From the human T2T-CHM13v2.0 reference genome, Homo sapiens, in the NCBI RefSeq assembly GCF_009914755.1, contig NC_060932.1: a stretch of 64,000 nucleotides of DNA. The stretch is one strand, 5' to 3'. The translations under genes and the position numbers were made by a program. Below the pieces are notes generated by a model. The model saw nothing but the letters and a program-made list of their open reading frames with translations. It was not told the DNA's origin and made no database searches. Below, one piece after another: positions 28,083 to 41,685 of the stretch (position 1 is the first letter of the stretch; each line of letters starts with the position of its first letter).

Positions 28083-29109
28083 TCACAGTTTGGCATGTTT
28101 TTGCAGTGGCTAGTACTGGTTGTTCTTTTCCATGTTTAGTGCTTCCTTCAGGAGCTCTTGTAGGGCAGGCCTGGTGGTGACAAAATCTCTCAACATTTGC
28201 TTGTCTGTAAAGGATTTTATTTCTCCTTCACTTATGAAGCTTAGTTTGGCTGGATATGAAATTCTGGTTTGAAAAATCTTTTCTTTAAGAATGTTGAATA
28301 TTGGCCCCCACTGTCTTCTGGCTTGTAGGGTTTCCACTGAGATATCTGCTGTTAGTCTGATGGGCTTCCTTTTGTGGGTAACCCAACCTTTCTCTCTGGC
28401 TGCCCTTAACATTTTTTCCTTCATTTCAACCATGGTGAATCCGACAATTATATGTCTTGGGGTTGCTCTTCTCGAGGAGTACCTTTGTGGTGTTCTCTGT
28501 ATTTCCTGAATTTGAATGTTGGCCTCTCTTGCTAGGTTGGGGAAGTTCTCCTGGATTATATCCTGAAGAGTGTTTTCTAACTTGGTTCCATTCTCCCCGT
28601 CACTTTCAGGTACACGAATCAAACATAGATTTGGTTTTTTCACACAGTCCCATATTTCTCGGAGGTTTTGTTCATTTCTTTTCACTCTTTTTTCTCTAAT
28701 CTTGTCTTCTCACTTTATTTCATTAATTTGATCTTCAATCACTGATGTCCTTTCTTCCACTTGATTGAATCGGCCGTTGAAGCTTGTGTATGCGTCACAA
28801 AGTTCTTGTACTGTGGTTTTCAGCTCCATCAGGTCATTTAAGCTCTTCTCTACACTAGTTATTCTAGTGTAACATTCATCTAACATTTTTTCAAGGTTTT
28901 TAGCTTCCTTGTGATGGGTTAGAACGTGCTTCTTTGGCTTGGAGAAGTTTGTTATTACTGGCCTTCTGAAGCCTACTTCTATCAACTCATCAAACTCATT
29001 CTCTGTACAGTTTTGTTCCCTTGTTGGCAAGGAGTTGTTTTCCTTTGGAGGAGAAGAGGTGTTCAAGGTTTTTGGTATTTTCAGCCTTTCTACTCTGATT
29101 TCTCCCAAT
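28083..29109 (-). pseudogene. L1 ORF1 (RNA-binding protein), disrupted
   Basis: LENTLQDIIQENFPNLAR, RISYPAKLSF; start codon position reads ATT; in-frame stops. Confidence 0.93.
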
Positions 29110-30145
29110 CTTTGTGGTTTTATCTACCTTTGGTCTTTGATGTTGGTGACCTATGGATGGTATTTTGGTGTGGATGTCCTTTTTGTTGATGTTGATGCTA
29201 TTCCTTTCTGTTTGTTAGTTTTCCTTCTAACAGACAGGACCCTCAGCTGCAGCTCTGTTGGAGTTTGCTGGATGTCCACTCCAGACCCTGTTTGCCTGGG
29301 TACCACCAGTGGAGGCTGCAGAACAGCACCCACCTGTATGAAGTGTCTGTTGGCCCCTACTGGGAGGTGTCTCCCAGTCAGGCTACACGGCGGTCAGGGA
29401 CCCACTTGAAGAGGCAGTCTGTCTGTTATCGGAGCTCAAATGCTGTGCTGGGAGAACCACTGCTCTCTTCAGAGCTGTCAGGCAGGGACGTTTAAGTCTG
29501 CCGAGGCTGTCTGCTGCCTTTTGTTCAGATATGCCCGGCCCCCAGAGATGGAATCTAGAGAGGCAGTAGGCCTGGCCGAGCTGTGGTGGGCTCCACCCAG
29601 TTCAAGCTTCCCTGCTGCTTTGTTTACACTGTGTGCATACAACTGCCTACTCAAGCCGCAGCAACGGCGGACACCTCTCCCTCCGCCAAGCTCCAGCATC
29701 CCAGGTCGATCTCAGACTGCTGCACTAGCAGTGAAGCAAGGCTCCTTGGGCATGGGACCCGCTAAGCCAGGCACAGGAGGGAATCTCCTGGTCTGCCGGT
29801 TGTGAAGACCATGGGAAAAGCACAGTATTTGGGCAGCAGTGTACTGTTCCTCCAGGTACAGTCACTCACAGCTTCCCTTGGCTAGGAAAGGGAAATTCCC
29901 TGACCCCTTGTGCTTCCCGGGTGAGGCAACGCCCTGCCCTGCTTCAACTTGCCCTCCGTGGGCTGCACCCACTGTCCAACCAGTCCCAATAAGATGAACC
30001 AGGTACCTCAGTTGGAAATGCAGAAATCACCCGTCTTCTGCGTTGATCTCGCTGGGAGCTGTAGACCAGAGCTCTTCCTATTCGGCAATCTTGGAAGCGA
30101 CTCCGTCAAAATACTTTTCAGTTCCTCTTTTGATATCTTCTTTAA

Positions 30146-30297
30146 ATGATCTCAAGATCCCACAATAGGCCAGCTGCAGGCTGAGGAGCAAGGAAAGCCA
30201 GCACAAGTTCCAAAACAGAAGAATTTGGAGTCCAATGTTTGAGGGCAGGAAGCAACCAGCACAGGAGAAAGATGTAGGCTGGGAGGCTAGGCCAGTC
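30146..30297 (-). mobile_element. MLT2A (HERV-L LTR) segment carried 5' of the L1
   Basis: Minus strand gactggcctagcctcccagcctacatctttctcctgtgctggttgcttcctgccctc...ggcctattgtgggatcttgagatcat matches recalled MLT2A1 sequence. Confidence 0.85.
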
Positions 30298-30300
30298 CCC

Positions 30301-30435
30301 ATTTTTTGTATTTTTAATAGAGATGGGGTTTCACCATGTTGGCCAGGCTGGTCTTGAACTCCTGACCTTAGGTGATCTGCCTACCTCGACTTCCCAAAGT
30401 GCAGGGATTACAGGCGTGAGCCACTGTGCCCGGCC
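30301..30435 (-). mobile_element. Left arm of the split AluS
   Basis: attttttgtatttttaatagagatggggtttcacc...gcccggcc. Confidence 0.92.
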
Positions 30436-30489
30436 TTATATTTTTTATCTCTTGATGAGAAAGATCAGAGTCTTTTTTTTCTCTCAAAT

Positions 30490-31265
30490 CCTTCAGCCAA
30501 TCCATCAGCAAGAACCGCCAGCACTATATATTCTGAATCCAACCACTTTTCACCATTTCTATGATTTCCATGTTGGTGGAGGCTGTTGTCATCACTTGCC
30601 TGGACTATAGTTATAGCCTCTGACTGGCCTCCCTTCTTCCAATCTTGTCTTCCAAAGGATCTTTTCCCTACACAGATGCCAGAGTGATGTTTTAAAAATG
30701 TAGCCTGAATCATGTTATTTCTATACTCTGAAGCCTCCAAAAGCTTTCCAAAATATTCAGAAGACAATTCGAACTACAAGACCCTACATGAACTGGATCC
30801 CAACTACCACTCTCCCTGTCTCTCTCCTGAATCCAGCCATGCTGGGCATCTCGATATTCTTTATGTGTATGGTATGAAGCTAGCTTGTGTCTCAGGGCTA
30901 TTCTACTACTCCATCCTCTACCTGGAAGCTTCTTGCCTTGTCGCATCATATGTCTCAGGTCTCTGTTCAATGTTGCCTCTTCAGAGGGACCTTCCCTTTC
31001 CATGTTTTATAAGTTAGGTCACCTGCCCCTTGTCATTCTCAGTATCCTTCATTTGCTGTATTTTTTTCACGGAACTTTTCACTACCTGAATTTATATCAC
31101 AATACTTCTGTTTATAGTTTGTTATCTCTCTCAGCTACCAGCATGCTATCTTCATGACAGAAGGAATTTTTTGTTTGTCTTGTGCCTTGATGTGTCCCTA
31201 GCACCTAAATTGATTTGGCACATAATATGTGCTCAATAAATACCTTTTACTAAAAAAATGACTCA
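30490..31265 (+). mobile_element. L2 3' portion
   Basis: cacttgcctggactatagttatagcctctgactggcctccc...tggcacataatatgtgctcaataaata. Confidence 0.75.
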
Positions 31266-31347
31266 GTGTTTACTAATACAGGACTGTGGTTCTCTAGATT
31301 TGTATCATTCTCTCATATTGCTCTGGGATTGCAAAATTATCATAGTT

Positions 31348-31681
<334 letters not shown>

Positions 31682-32305
31682 TTAATCAGCATATAACATT
31701 TCCTGGACAATTTACCTAAAGAATAGTAGAATCTAAATAATATTAGAAGACAGTTGAATTAGATCCAGTCAATCAACTACCTGATTTGTCTTTTCAGCTG
31801 CGATGATAATTTCCGGCAGGTGACCCAGACATGGTAGGCCTGTTGGCTTGCAGCATGACTGTGGTTAGATGTGCCATCCTCATGTACCATGAAAGCAATC
31901 TGAGTGCACACCCACTGTCTGTGTTATTAGGATAAGTTTTCTTTTCCATCTTGATTCACCTCACAAATCACCAAATATTCTGTGTCGTGGTAATTTCCTG
32001 TGTTCTTAAAAGTATTTACCTCCCACATTACCGAAAAATTTAAAAGACCAGAGTTGACCAGAAAGGCCTAGCCACTTCACAAAAACTTCCCTTTTATGAA
32101 TGCTTGTGGTTAGTCACATAAGAAATATGTTGAATTCTCTTCATGTGTCAAATTATGTGGGAGGCACTAAGAAAAAGCAAAAACACAATAGCCCTACGTC
32201 GGGATCACACTCTCACCTCTCTCATTCATGGTATCTGCTCTGGAGAAGTTTATAATCTATTCAAAGCTAAAAAAAAAAACAAAAAACAAACAAACAAAAA
32301 AAACC

Positions 32306-32622
<317 letters not shown>

Positions 32623-33497
32623 AGCAGAAACCACCTAAAATGGAGACTAACGTGAAAGTATATAGTTAAGAGCTACATTGATGGGTTGAAATATATATTA
32701 TAGGAATTGAGGGCTGAGCAATCATTGACTGGATTGGACCTTTCAGAGAAGGTTCTAGAGAACGAAGGAAAGCTTCATAGAGAAGTGGACACAAGACCCA
32801 GTCTTAAAGGATGAGGGACGGTACTGCAGGCACAAGAAATTCACTCAACTGATGATGACTCAGCATCAGTTTGGTCACCATTATCGAAGCGTTTTGAATG
32901 TGTAGCTGCGACCTAAATAACTTCCCAGAGGTAAATGCATCCTGTAGGTTTACAACAAGCAGTATTATTAAAGTAGTCTATATAAAGAAGCTACTCCAGA
33001 AAGAAATTCAAACCCACACATGATTAAGCAAGAAGGATGAATCATACTCAAAATGGAGGAAATAACTATGCAAGACTTAAATAACTACTTGTGCTTAGTT
33101 TAAAAGCTGTTTTTTTAAAATCTCTCCCTTTAAAAGCTTTTCTTTACTCCCCAAATCCAATAAAATAATTCTATTTAACTTTATCAGTACAAAACTTACT
33201 GCCAAAGAAAATAATCACAATATTTATGTTGCTGTATTAGTTATTGCAAAATTGATAAAAGAAGATGGAACAGATAATGTGCTCTTATTAATACACATGG
33301 AATCACTAATCCTGTAACAGTTTTATCAAGGAGGTGTGATTAATGCCATTTTGAGGTGGCACAAGTAAGGGTCAAAACTGACAATAAGCCAAGTTCCTAA
33401 GCTCCCGCAGCTTGTAAGTGGCATTGCTACTGGGGTTTGAAGTCTGGTCTGTCTGGCTCCATAATACCACCAAGACCTGCCATAAGGAAACTAAATA

Positions 33498-33960
<463 letters not shown>

Positions 33961-34394
33961 CTATGATGGTCGACAAATGAACAATACACTCACACATAAT
34001 AATCTGCGAGGTATACAAATAGATTCCATCTACTATCAATCTAGGGCACATCACTTCCAGCAAATCTTGCTTTTAATTTTAACAGCACTTGCATTATTCA
34101 CAATACTTAATTTGACCTTTCAGTTTTCTATTTTTACACTGATTTTTACATGAAACTTACACATTAGCGAGAGAAGCACTTTAAATCAATCCCAAACAAA
34201 ACACAAAATGAAAGTCTCTGAGTCAGGAAAGATTGGGAGGCAAAAGTTTGACCTTGTGAGTTGCATCCATTAGGAGCACTAGCAATCTTTGCCAGCCAGC
34301 AGCCAGTAGGCAGAGGGGTGGGAAGTAAACGCCAGGATAACGAGGCAAGACCGCCTCCCAATTCTCTTGAGTTACGCTTCTATTTTATTTTGTT

Positions 34395-34527
34395 TGAATT
34401 TTTTTGGTAGAGATGGGGTCTTGCTACGTTACCAGGGCTGGTCTTGAACTCCTGACCTCAAGTGATCTTCCTACTTCAGCCTCCTAAAGCACCGGGATAA
34501 CAGGCATGAGCCACCATGGCACCTAGT
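34395..34527 (-). mobile_element. Alu left monomer (FLAM-like)
   Basis: gtagagatggggtcttgctacgttacc...gagccaccatggcacc. Confidence 0.8.
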
Positions 34528-34914
34528 CTTGCTGGAATTTTTGAGATCAAATCTGCCATGTGTAAATCTAAGTCTTTATAAGAAGCATATTTCAAAGCCA
34601 AATACTAGTAATGTTTATATCAGCCGCTATTTTACATTGCTCAGGCAGTGTTCTCTTTCACTAATGCTATTAGCTGAACATTGGTTCAATTGCTTAGAAT
34701 GGAAACAATTATATGTAATATTTCATAGTTATTGCTCTTGACATATATCAAAAGAGAAGTGACACTGGATGTGACAATTCAAATAAATTCCAATATGGAA
34801 CACAACTTTTGCCCCCAATTTTTCCTGTGTTTTCAAATAGAGATGCTAAGCTTTATTTCTCATACTACTTATTTGTTGGGTCCTGCTCACAGGACTGGAG
34901 GAGTGAGGTCAGTA

Positions 34915-36080
34915 TGATATGGAGTGCTGGGAAGGGAAAAGCGTGGTCCCTTTAAATGATGCGGAATGGAGGAAGGGAAGTGCTGGGTAGAGAAAGGCGG
35001 GTCCCTGGCTAAGGCTCCTCCCCGACGAACCCCATTCCTGCTTTCCCGCTCAAATGTTGCATTTTCTAAGACCTCCCTGGCCCGCCATACGCCGATCCTG
35101 AACCTACGAAAACCCAAGACTGCGGGCACGGTGGCTCATGCCTGTAATCCCAGCACTTTGGGAGGCCGAGGCGGGCAGATCACGAGGTCAAGAAGTCGAG
35201 ACCAGCCTTGCTAACATGGCGAAACCCTGACTCTACTGAAAATACAAAAATTAGCTGGGCGTGATGGCGTGCGCGCCTGTAGTCCCAGCTGCTCGGGAGG
35301 CTGAGGTAGGAGAATCGCTTCAATCCGGGAGGTGGAGGTTGCGGTAAGCAGAGATTGCGCCACTGCACTCTAGCCTGGCGACAGAGACTCCTTCAAAAAC
35401 AACAACAACAACAACAACAACAACAAAACAAAACCTCCCAAGACCCTAGTGGGCAGACACACAGCCAGCCAGACATGGAGAGGAGCACATTAGCAGAAGA
35501 AGACGCAAGTGGCTGGTCCTCGAGAGGACGTTGAGAGGAGCATGCCAGCAGAAGAGCACACAACGACAGGCACCGACACACCACCGGCAGGCCATGCACC
35601 AGCAGAATGATGCGGAGTTTGACGGGGCAGTCAGAGAAGAGCCTGGGCCGCCAAGGGGCCCGACTCCAGGGGAAAACCATCTCCCTTCTGGCTCCCCCAT
35701 CTGCTGAGAGCTACTTCTACTCAATAAAACCTTGCACTCATTCTCCAAGCCCACGTGTAATCCGATTCTTCAGGTAAGCCAGGGCAAGAAACCCCAGGAT
35801 ACAGAAATCCTTCTGTCCTTGTGATAAGAAAGGGGGTGTAATTGAGCTAACACAAACCGCCTATAGATGGCAACCTAAAAGAGCATCCTGTAACACACGC
35901 CCGCCCACTGGGGCTTCAGGAGCTGTAAATATTCACCCCTAGACACTGCTGTGCGATCGGAGCCCCACAGCCTGCCCGCCTGTATGCTCCCCTAGAGGTC
36001 TGAGCAGCAGGGCACTGAAGAATCGAGCCACACCTCATCACACACCCTGCGAGGGGGACAAGGGAGCTTTTCCCATATCA
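34915..36080 (+). mobile_element. ERV1 solo LTR (LTR1 family) containing an Alu
   Basis: 8-bp terminal inverted repeat tgatatgg...ccatatca, 4-bp TSD agta (34911-34914, 36081-36084), aataaa at ~35723. Confidence 0.88.
35118..35430 (+). mobile_element. AluS inside LTR1, (CAA)n tail
   Basis: CpG-rich full dimer; cccaagac repeated on both sides. Confidence 0.92.
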
Positions 36081-36171
36081 AGTAGATTGCCCTGGTGCTG
36101 CAGAAGCAGGAAAAACAGGACCTGCCCATACCCAAGAGCCCGGCAACTCTGGCTAGAGTGAGGCCTGAAAT

Positions 36172-36216
36172 TGTGTCCGGAATTGGTGGGTTCTTGGTCT
36201 CACTGGCTTCCTCTCA
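36172..36216 (-). mobile_element. LTR12 (ERV9) reduced to its two termini
   Basis: Minus strand tgagaggaagccagtgagaccaagaacccaccaattccggacaca; TSD aaat at 36168-36171 and 36217-36220. Confidence 0.85.
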
Positions 36217-36260
36217 AAATCACGCTCAAGAGACGCCACAGTTAGAGGTAATGGCACCTC

Positions 36261-36442
<182 letters not shown>

Positions 36443-36444
36443 TT

Positions 36445-37575
36445 TACTTTTTAAATTGTGGTAAAATACACATAACATAAAATTTACCATCCTAATCACT
36501 TTTAAGTATACAGTTCAGAGGTATTAAATACACTTAAAATGTTGTGCAACCAGCACCGCCACCCACTTCTGTAATTCTTTTCATCTTGCTGTTAAAATTA
36601 TGAGAGGCCATTGTTTTGGACCTAGGCCAAATCAGATCAGACCTCTTTCTGCACTAGGCCCCAACAGACCAGACCAAATCAAAATGGAGTCACTCATGCT
36701 AAATGAGACATAATCAAAATGAAACTAAGGAAGCTGCAAAGCTTTGCTGCCATTTTTAGATTACTACTTTCCTGATTCAGCATTTTCTTGGTTACAACAA
36801 AAACAGACCAGTTTTTTTTTCTCACCTGAAAACAGGAGATTCCAGCATAAAGAGGTCCCTTCTGTTCTAACCCTTACCAAAAAAAACAAAACAAAACAAA
36901 AAAAAAACAAACCTGAAGTCCTGGTTCTCACATTTAAAAACTCACTGTTTTGCTATTTCCCACTGAGATTTGAGACCAAATAAGTACACTGACAATGGTG
37001 ACAGAGTGACATCAATGTCTAAAGTTTTGGCCAATCAAAACTGAGAGGTTGACCAAAAGGGGGCAATTGTTAAATTAAGTTTTGCCTAAAGCTGCCTCCT
37101 TACATATTTTAAGTTTGGTCTAAATGTTTCTCCATACACAGTGAACTGTAACCTGACTGGAGGTGTAAACAGACTGTAACCTACTCTTGTGCCAATCATC
37201 CAGTTTTGGCCAATCACAGGTAGCCAACTGATCGAATGTGTTCAACACCCAGCTGTAACCAATCAGGCTGTTTCTGTACCTCACGTGTGTTTTCTGTATG
37301 TCACTTGCATTTTTCTGTGAAAAATCCTCTCTGACTGCGAGGCAGTGCCAGAGTTGCTCTTAACTTATTCAAGGAGGTCGGGGAGTCTGCATGGTTCTTG
37401 AATTGTTCTTTGCTGAATTAAACTCTGTTAAATTGTCTAAAGTTTTTTTTTAACATTGCAAAACTGAAACTGTACATCCATTAAACACTAACTCCCCATT
37501 CCCTTCTCCCCCCAGCCCCAGACGACCATCATTCTACTTTCTGTCTCTATGATTTTGATTACTCTAAGTATTATT
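36445..37575 (-). mobile_element. L1MA/MB 3' fragment interrupted by MER57
   Basis: ttgtggtaaaatacacataacataaaatttacc...tcatcttgc|aaaactgaaactgtacatccattaaac continues across the insertion. Confidence 0.8.
36590..37455 (+). mobile_element. MER57-family ERV1: 3' internal region, polypurine tract and 3' LTR (37068-37455)
   Basis: PPT aaaaggggg then tgttaaattaagttttgcctaaagctgcctcc...ttttaaca; TSD ttgc at 36586-36589 and 37456-37459. Confidence 0.82.
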
Positions 37576-37659
37576 GGTACCCTTTATGTAGCACCTTGGT
37601 GACTGAAGACCAGGTTCAGGGAGGTTTTTGTGTTTTGGTTTTGCTTTTTGTTTGTTCTT

Positions 37660-37949
37660 TTTTTTGAGACAGGGTCTCACTCTGTCACCCAGGGTAGAGT
37701 GAGTGGTGTGATCACAGCTCACTGTAGCCTTGAGCTTCTGGGCTGAAGCGATCCTCCCACCTCAGCCTCCTGAGTAGCTGGGTCTATGTGCATGTGCCAC
37801 CATGCCCAACTAATTTTTTAATTTTTTTGTAGAGGTGTGGTGTCTTACTGTGTGGCCCAGGTTGGTCTCAGACTCCTGGCTGCAAGCAATCCTCTCACCT
37901 CAGCCTCTCAAAGTGTTGGGATTACAGGTATGAGCCACCACACCCAGCC
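37660..37949 (-). mobile_element. AluJ
   Basis: Full reverse-strand dimer. Confidence 0.9.
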
Positions 37950-38041
37950 AGGCTCAGGTTCCTAATGTTGGTTATCCATCTATGAGTACCAACATGCAGC
38001 AGTGGTAATTATATTAAAACTTACTATAATTTTAATTAATC

Positions 38042-38359
38042 TTTTGTTTTTGTTTTTGTTTTTTTTTTTAAGACAGAGTCTCGCTCTTTTGCCTAGCCTG
38101 CAGTGCAGAGTGGCACGATCTCGGCTCACTGCAACCTCTGTCTCCTGGGTTCAAGCCATTTTCCTGCCTCAGCTTCCTGTAGCTGGGAGTACAGGCATGT
38201 GCCACCACACCCAGCTAATTTTTTTTTTTTTGTATTTTTAGTAGAAACAGGTTTTCGCCATGTTGGCCAGGCTGGTCTCGAACTCCAGACCTCAAGTGAT
38301 CTGCCCGCCTTGGCTTCCCAAAGGGCTGGGATTACAGGCATAAGCCACTGCGCTCGGCC
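38042..38359 (-). mobile_element. AluS
   Basis: Full reverse-strand dimer. Confidence 0.92.
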
Positions 38360-38606
38360 TGATTTTCATACATAGTACATATGTATATATATATATATTT
38401 AATATAATTTTCAAAATCTGAGCATTATTATATTACAGTTTGCAAGATCTTAGCATTATCATAATATCTTTTTTATTTTGTCTTAGGCCTCTCCTGCCAG
38501 TTCTAAAAACTAGTAGAATAAAAACCTTAGGTACTAAGTTATACTTCGTTTACCATTTTCTCTAATTTATTATTTCAACTCAGAATCACAAAAGAATGCT
38601 CATTCA

Positions 38607-38950
<344 letters not shown>

Positions 38951-41139
38951 AGCCACCTTTCCATGTGGATTATATTCCTAGGCAATTTACTATACGTGGA
39001 AATAAAGTGTATCAACTATTATTTTCTCCCAGAAACACTGCTGTAACAGAAGGGTAAAGTTCCTGACCTAGGGCCTTATGCCAACTTTTACTAAATGCAG
39101 GACTTAATAAACTATAAATGATATATTTTAGTTTCATAGCATAAAGCTTTCTAACACACACACATAAATCAATTAAGTAGTGCTACAAGTAGTCAATAAA
39201 CATAAAATCCATTTAATATGGTGCAGTCTGTTTGACCACATCTTCCTGCCAACTATTACACTGAAGCAAAACAACTCCAATGGGCAGGCTTATTCATTTT
39301 ATGGATTTCAGGATGATTTCCTTGAGGACATTTTGACGAGTATATTGAAGGAAAGTTTGGGGCAGTTATGTGATGCCGTTCTGGAAAAGAAAAAAAGTGA
39401 ACTCAGGAGTGATTACTTGCCATTCCCTCGTTCTCTGATAGTCAATTTTCCTGTTGTAAAACCTAGGGATTAGAACTAATCACAGCCCACTAGTGTGGTT
39501 AAGGTTGGGATTCATTTTCTCAAAAGGGGAGAGCAACATATGTTCATGTGAGAAACTGCCTGTTTACGTGTCAGAAGTTACAACATGGGTGTAATTGGCA
39601 AAGGGCTGTAAGTGTGAATGGCTATGAGTACAAATCACTGTAAGGATTGCTTGCATGATTTCCCCCTCCAATTTATCACTGAGTGGAAGAAACATGAGCG
39701 GGGAGATCTTGGTTCTTGTCATCCCAGTTAATAAATTCAAAGCAAAAATGGGCAGACTCACAGAAGGCCTGAGAGTCCTGAACTAGACCTTCAAATAATC
39801 CCAAATGTCATGTCAGACTACTGTTCTGTGATAAGAAATGGTCAGTTATCTTTTAAGAACCCAATAAACATCACGCAAAGTGGATCTCTAATAATTATTC
39901 TCCAAATCTTGTGATAAAATACTGAGCTTTATGTCAAGTCAGCCCTGTGTGGCAGGACACCGTGAGCAGTACAATTTGTTCTACCTCAGGTTGAGGGATA
40001 AAAGAAACCACTCATTTAATCTTGTATTACATCAAAATTGATTTGGTCAAAAGTCACAAATTAGTTCAGTCATTTTTGACAGCATGATTTTTATCAGAGG
40101 ACCAAAAGTTTGGTTAAATGATGGGAGAGAAGGGGAGAAGATTTTGTTTCCAATCTTGGGAAAAAGATCTGTGCATCAAAATTATTCACCTATCATTTTC
40201 AGATACCATTGTTCACAATAACTCTCCTAGAGCTGTGTTTATTTTTTGCAGAATGCACTCTGTCAGTTACATTGATCTTAAAGGGCTTAGTTATTCCTTT
40301 CCTTGCTGTGCAACCAACTCCACCAAAGTTGTGTTTATCTCTGCTTGTTTTCTAATCCAGTGGAACCAAGGAGGCAAGATGGTCAGGTATGATATGATTT
40401 CCCCTTAATATGGAAACTGCTGTTTATCTAGTATGTTGCAAAAGTAGTAGCCTTGCTCTCTAATCACCTAAAACATACCTGAAAGCAAGAAGGTTCTCTC
40501 CCAAAAGCTGGTAAACACAATGTCACAAACCAACCTGTCTGCCATAAAGGCACTGGTGATGTCCACAACGTGTCCTTCAGGAGGTCAAACAAGTGACACT
40601 CTCAGATTCTGAAAGTGGAGAGCCACCACCCCTTTAGGCCCTTCTAAGTATGGAAGAGAGGAAGGGAACCAGCGATTAGTTTTACTTCTTTAGAAAATCC
40701 AGCTCTTTTTCAGATTATTTCTTTTTTGCCTTCATCCCAGAGAGTAAAATTCCTTTGAAACAAGGAAGCATTTCTTTCAAGAACATCTTTACCTGCTTTA
40801 GCTTTTGTTTTCTGATAGTCAACCCCACCCATTGTTTCACTTGACAAGTAAGGGAAAGAAAGATTTTTTTTTTAACTCATCTAAAGAAGGAGAACCTGTA
40901 TGGATGGATCTTGAAACCAGTGGAGTGGGTGCCCACTGTGGGCAGGACTAGGAGCAAGGAGGTGCACTAAAGCCAGCCTTTACATGGAGCCGCCTCACCC
41001 AAATTCAAAATCTGTTTAACCATCAACTTGCCTTAAACAAGAAGATAAGTCTTTTAAGCAAAGCAATGGAACTCATTAAGAGGTACTTTTAAGACATCTC
41101 TCAAATGTACATAATAAGCTGTATTAAGGATCATGAAAT

Positions 41140-41685
41140 AATAGTATCTACCATTTACTGAGCTCTCATTTTGCACCAGGTGCTTTACATATCTCATCTC
41201 ACTTGCATAGCAGCATCTCACTTGCATAGTTATTATCATTACCCCCATTTTACACATGGGCCTGTGGTCTCATCCAGGCATGGCATCAGTGACCAAGCTG
41301 GGATTTGAACCTAGAAATTTATGCTTTTGCTGCTATACCAAATGATGTCCCTCAAAAGAAATAATCTACGAAGCTGCTTTGTAAACAGTAAAGTTTCAGA
41401 ATATTTTATAGTGACAGCTTAAACATATTCTGCAAAGTTTGGCCAGAAGGCAAAACAGGACTCTGTTCTTCAAAGTGCAACGAGCCTGGGTTTAGTTGTC
41501 ACTCACTGCCAGGGATAGGCTCATTCTTTGCCATTGATCCCTGTGGGAACTGTGATTGTCTTCATTTGTAAAATTATGATAATAACTACTTAAAAAGTTA
41601 TTTTGAGGGACAAATAGATAATGGATGTAAAATACTTCCTGGCACATCATAGGCAAAGCAGGTATACTTGATCAATAAATGTTCC
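41140..41685. mobile_element. Two MIR fragments in opposite orientation
   Basis: ttacccccattttacacatggg (minus core, ~41240) and cttcatttgtaaaattatgataataact (plus core, ~41560). Confidence 0.65.

Larger units (their letters stand above)
24173..30104 (-). mobile_element. Full-length inactive L1PA (about L1PA6-8)
   Basis: 5' end reads ggagtcgcttccaagattgccgaataggaagagctc; ORF1 and ORF2 fragments in the ORF track; 3' UTR ends aagttaaagtataa; internal deletions near 26820 and 29328. Confidence 0.97.

Noticed and set aside
29583-29805. Intact L1 antisense ORF0
   Set aside because: Start position reads ACG (29664-29666) and the frame shifts after ISDCCTSSE
24173-30104. Retrotransposition-competent L1
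   Set aside because: ORF1 start lost, many stops and frameshifts, deletion in ORF2 near 26820
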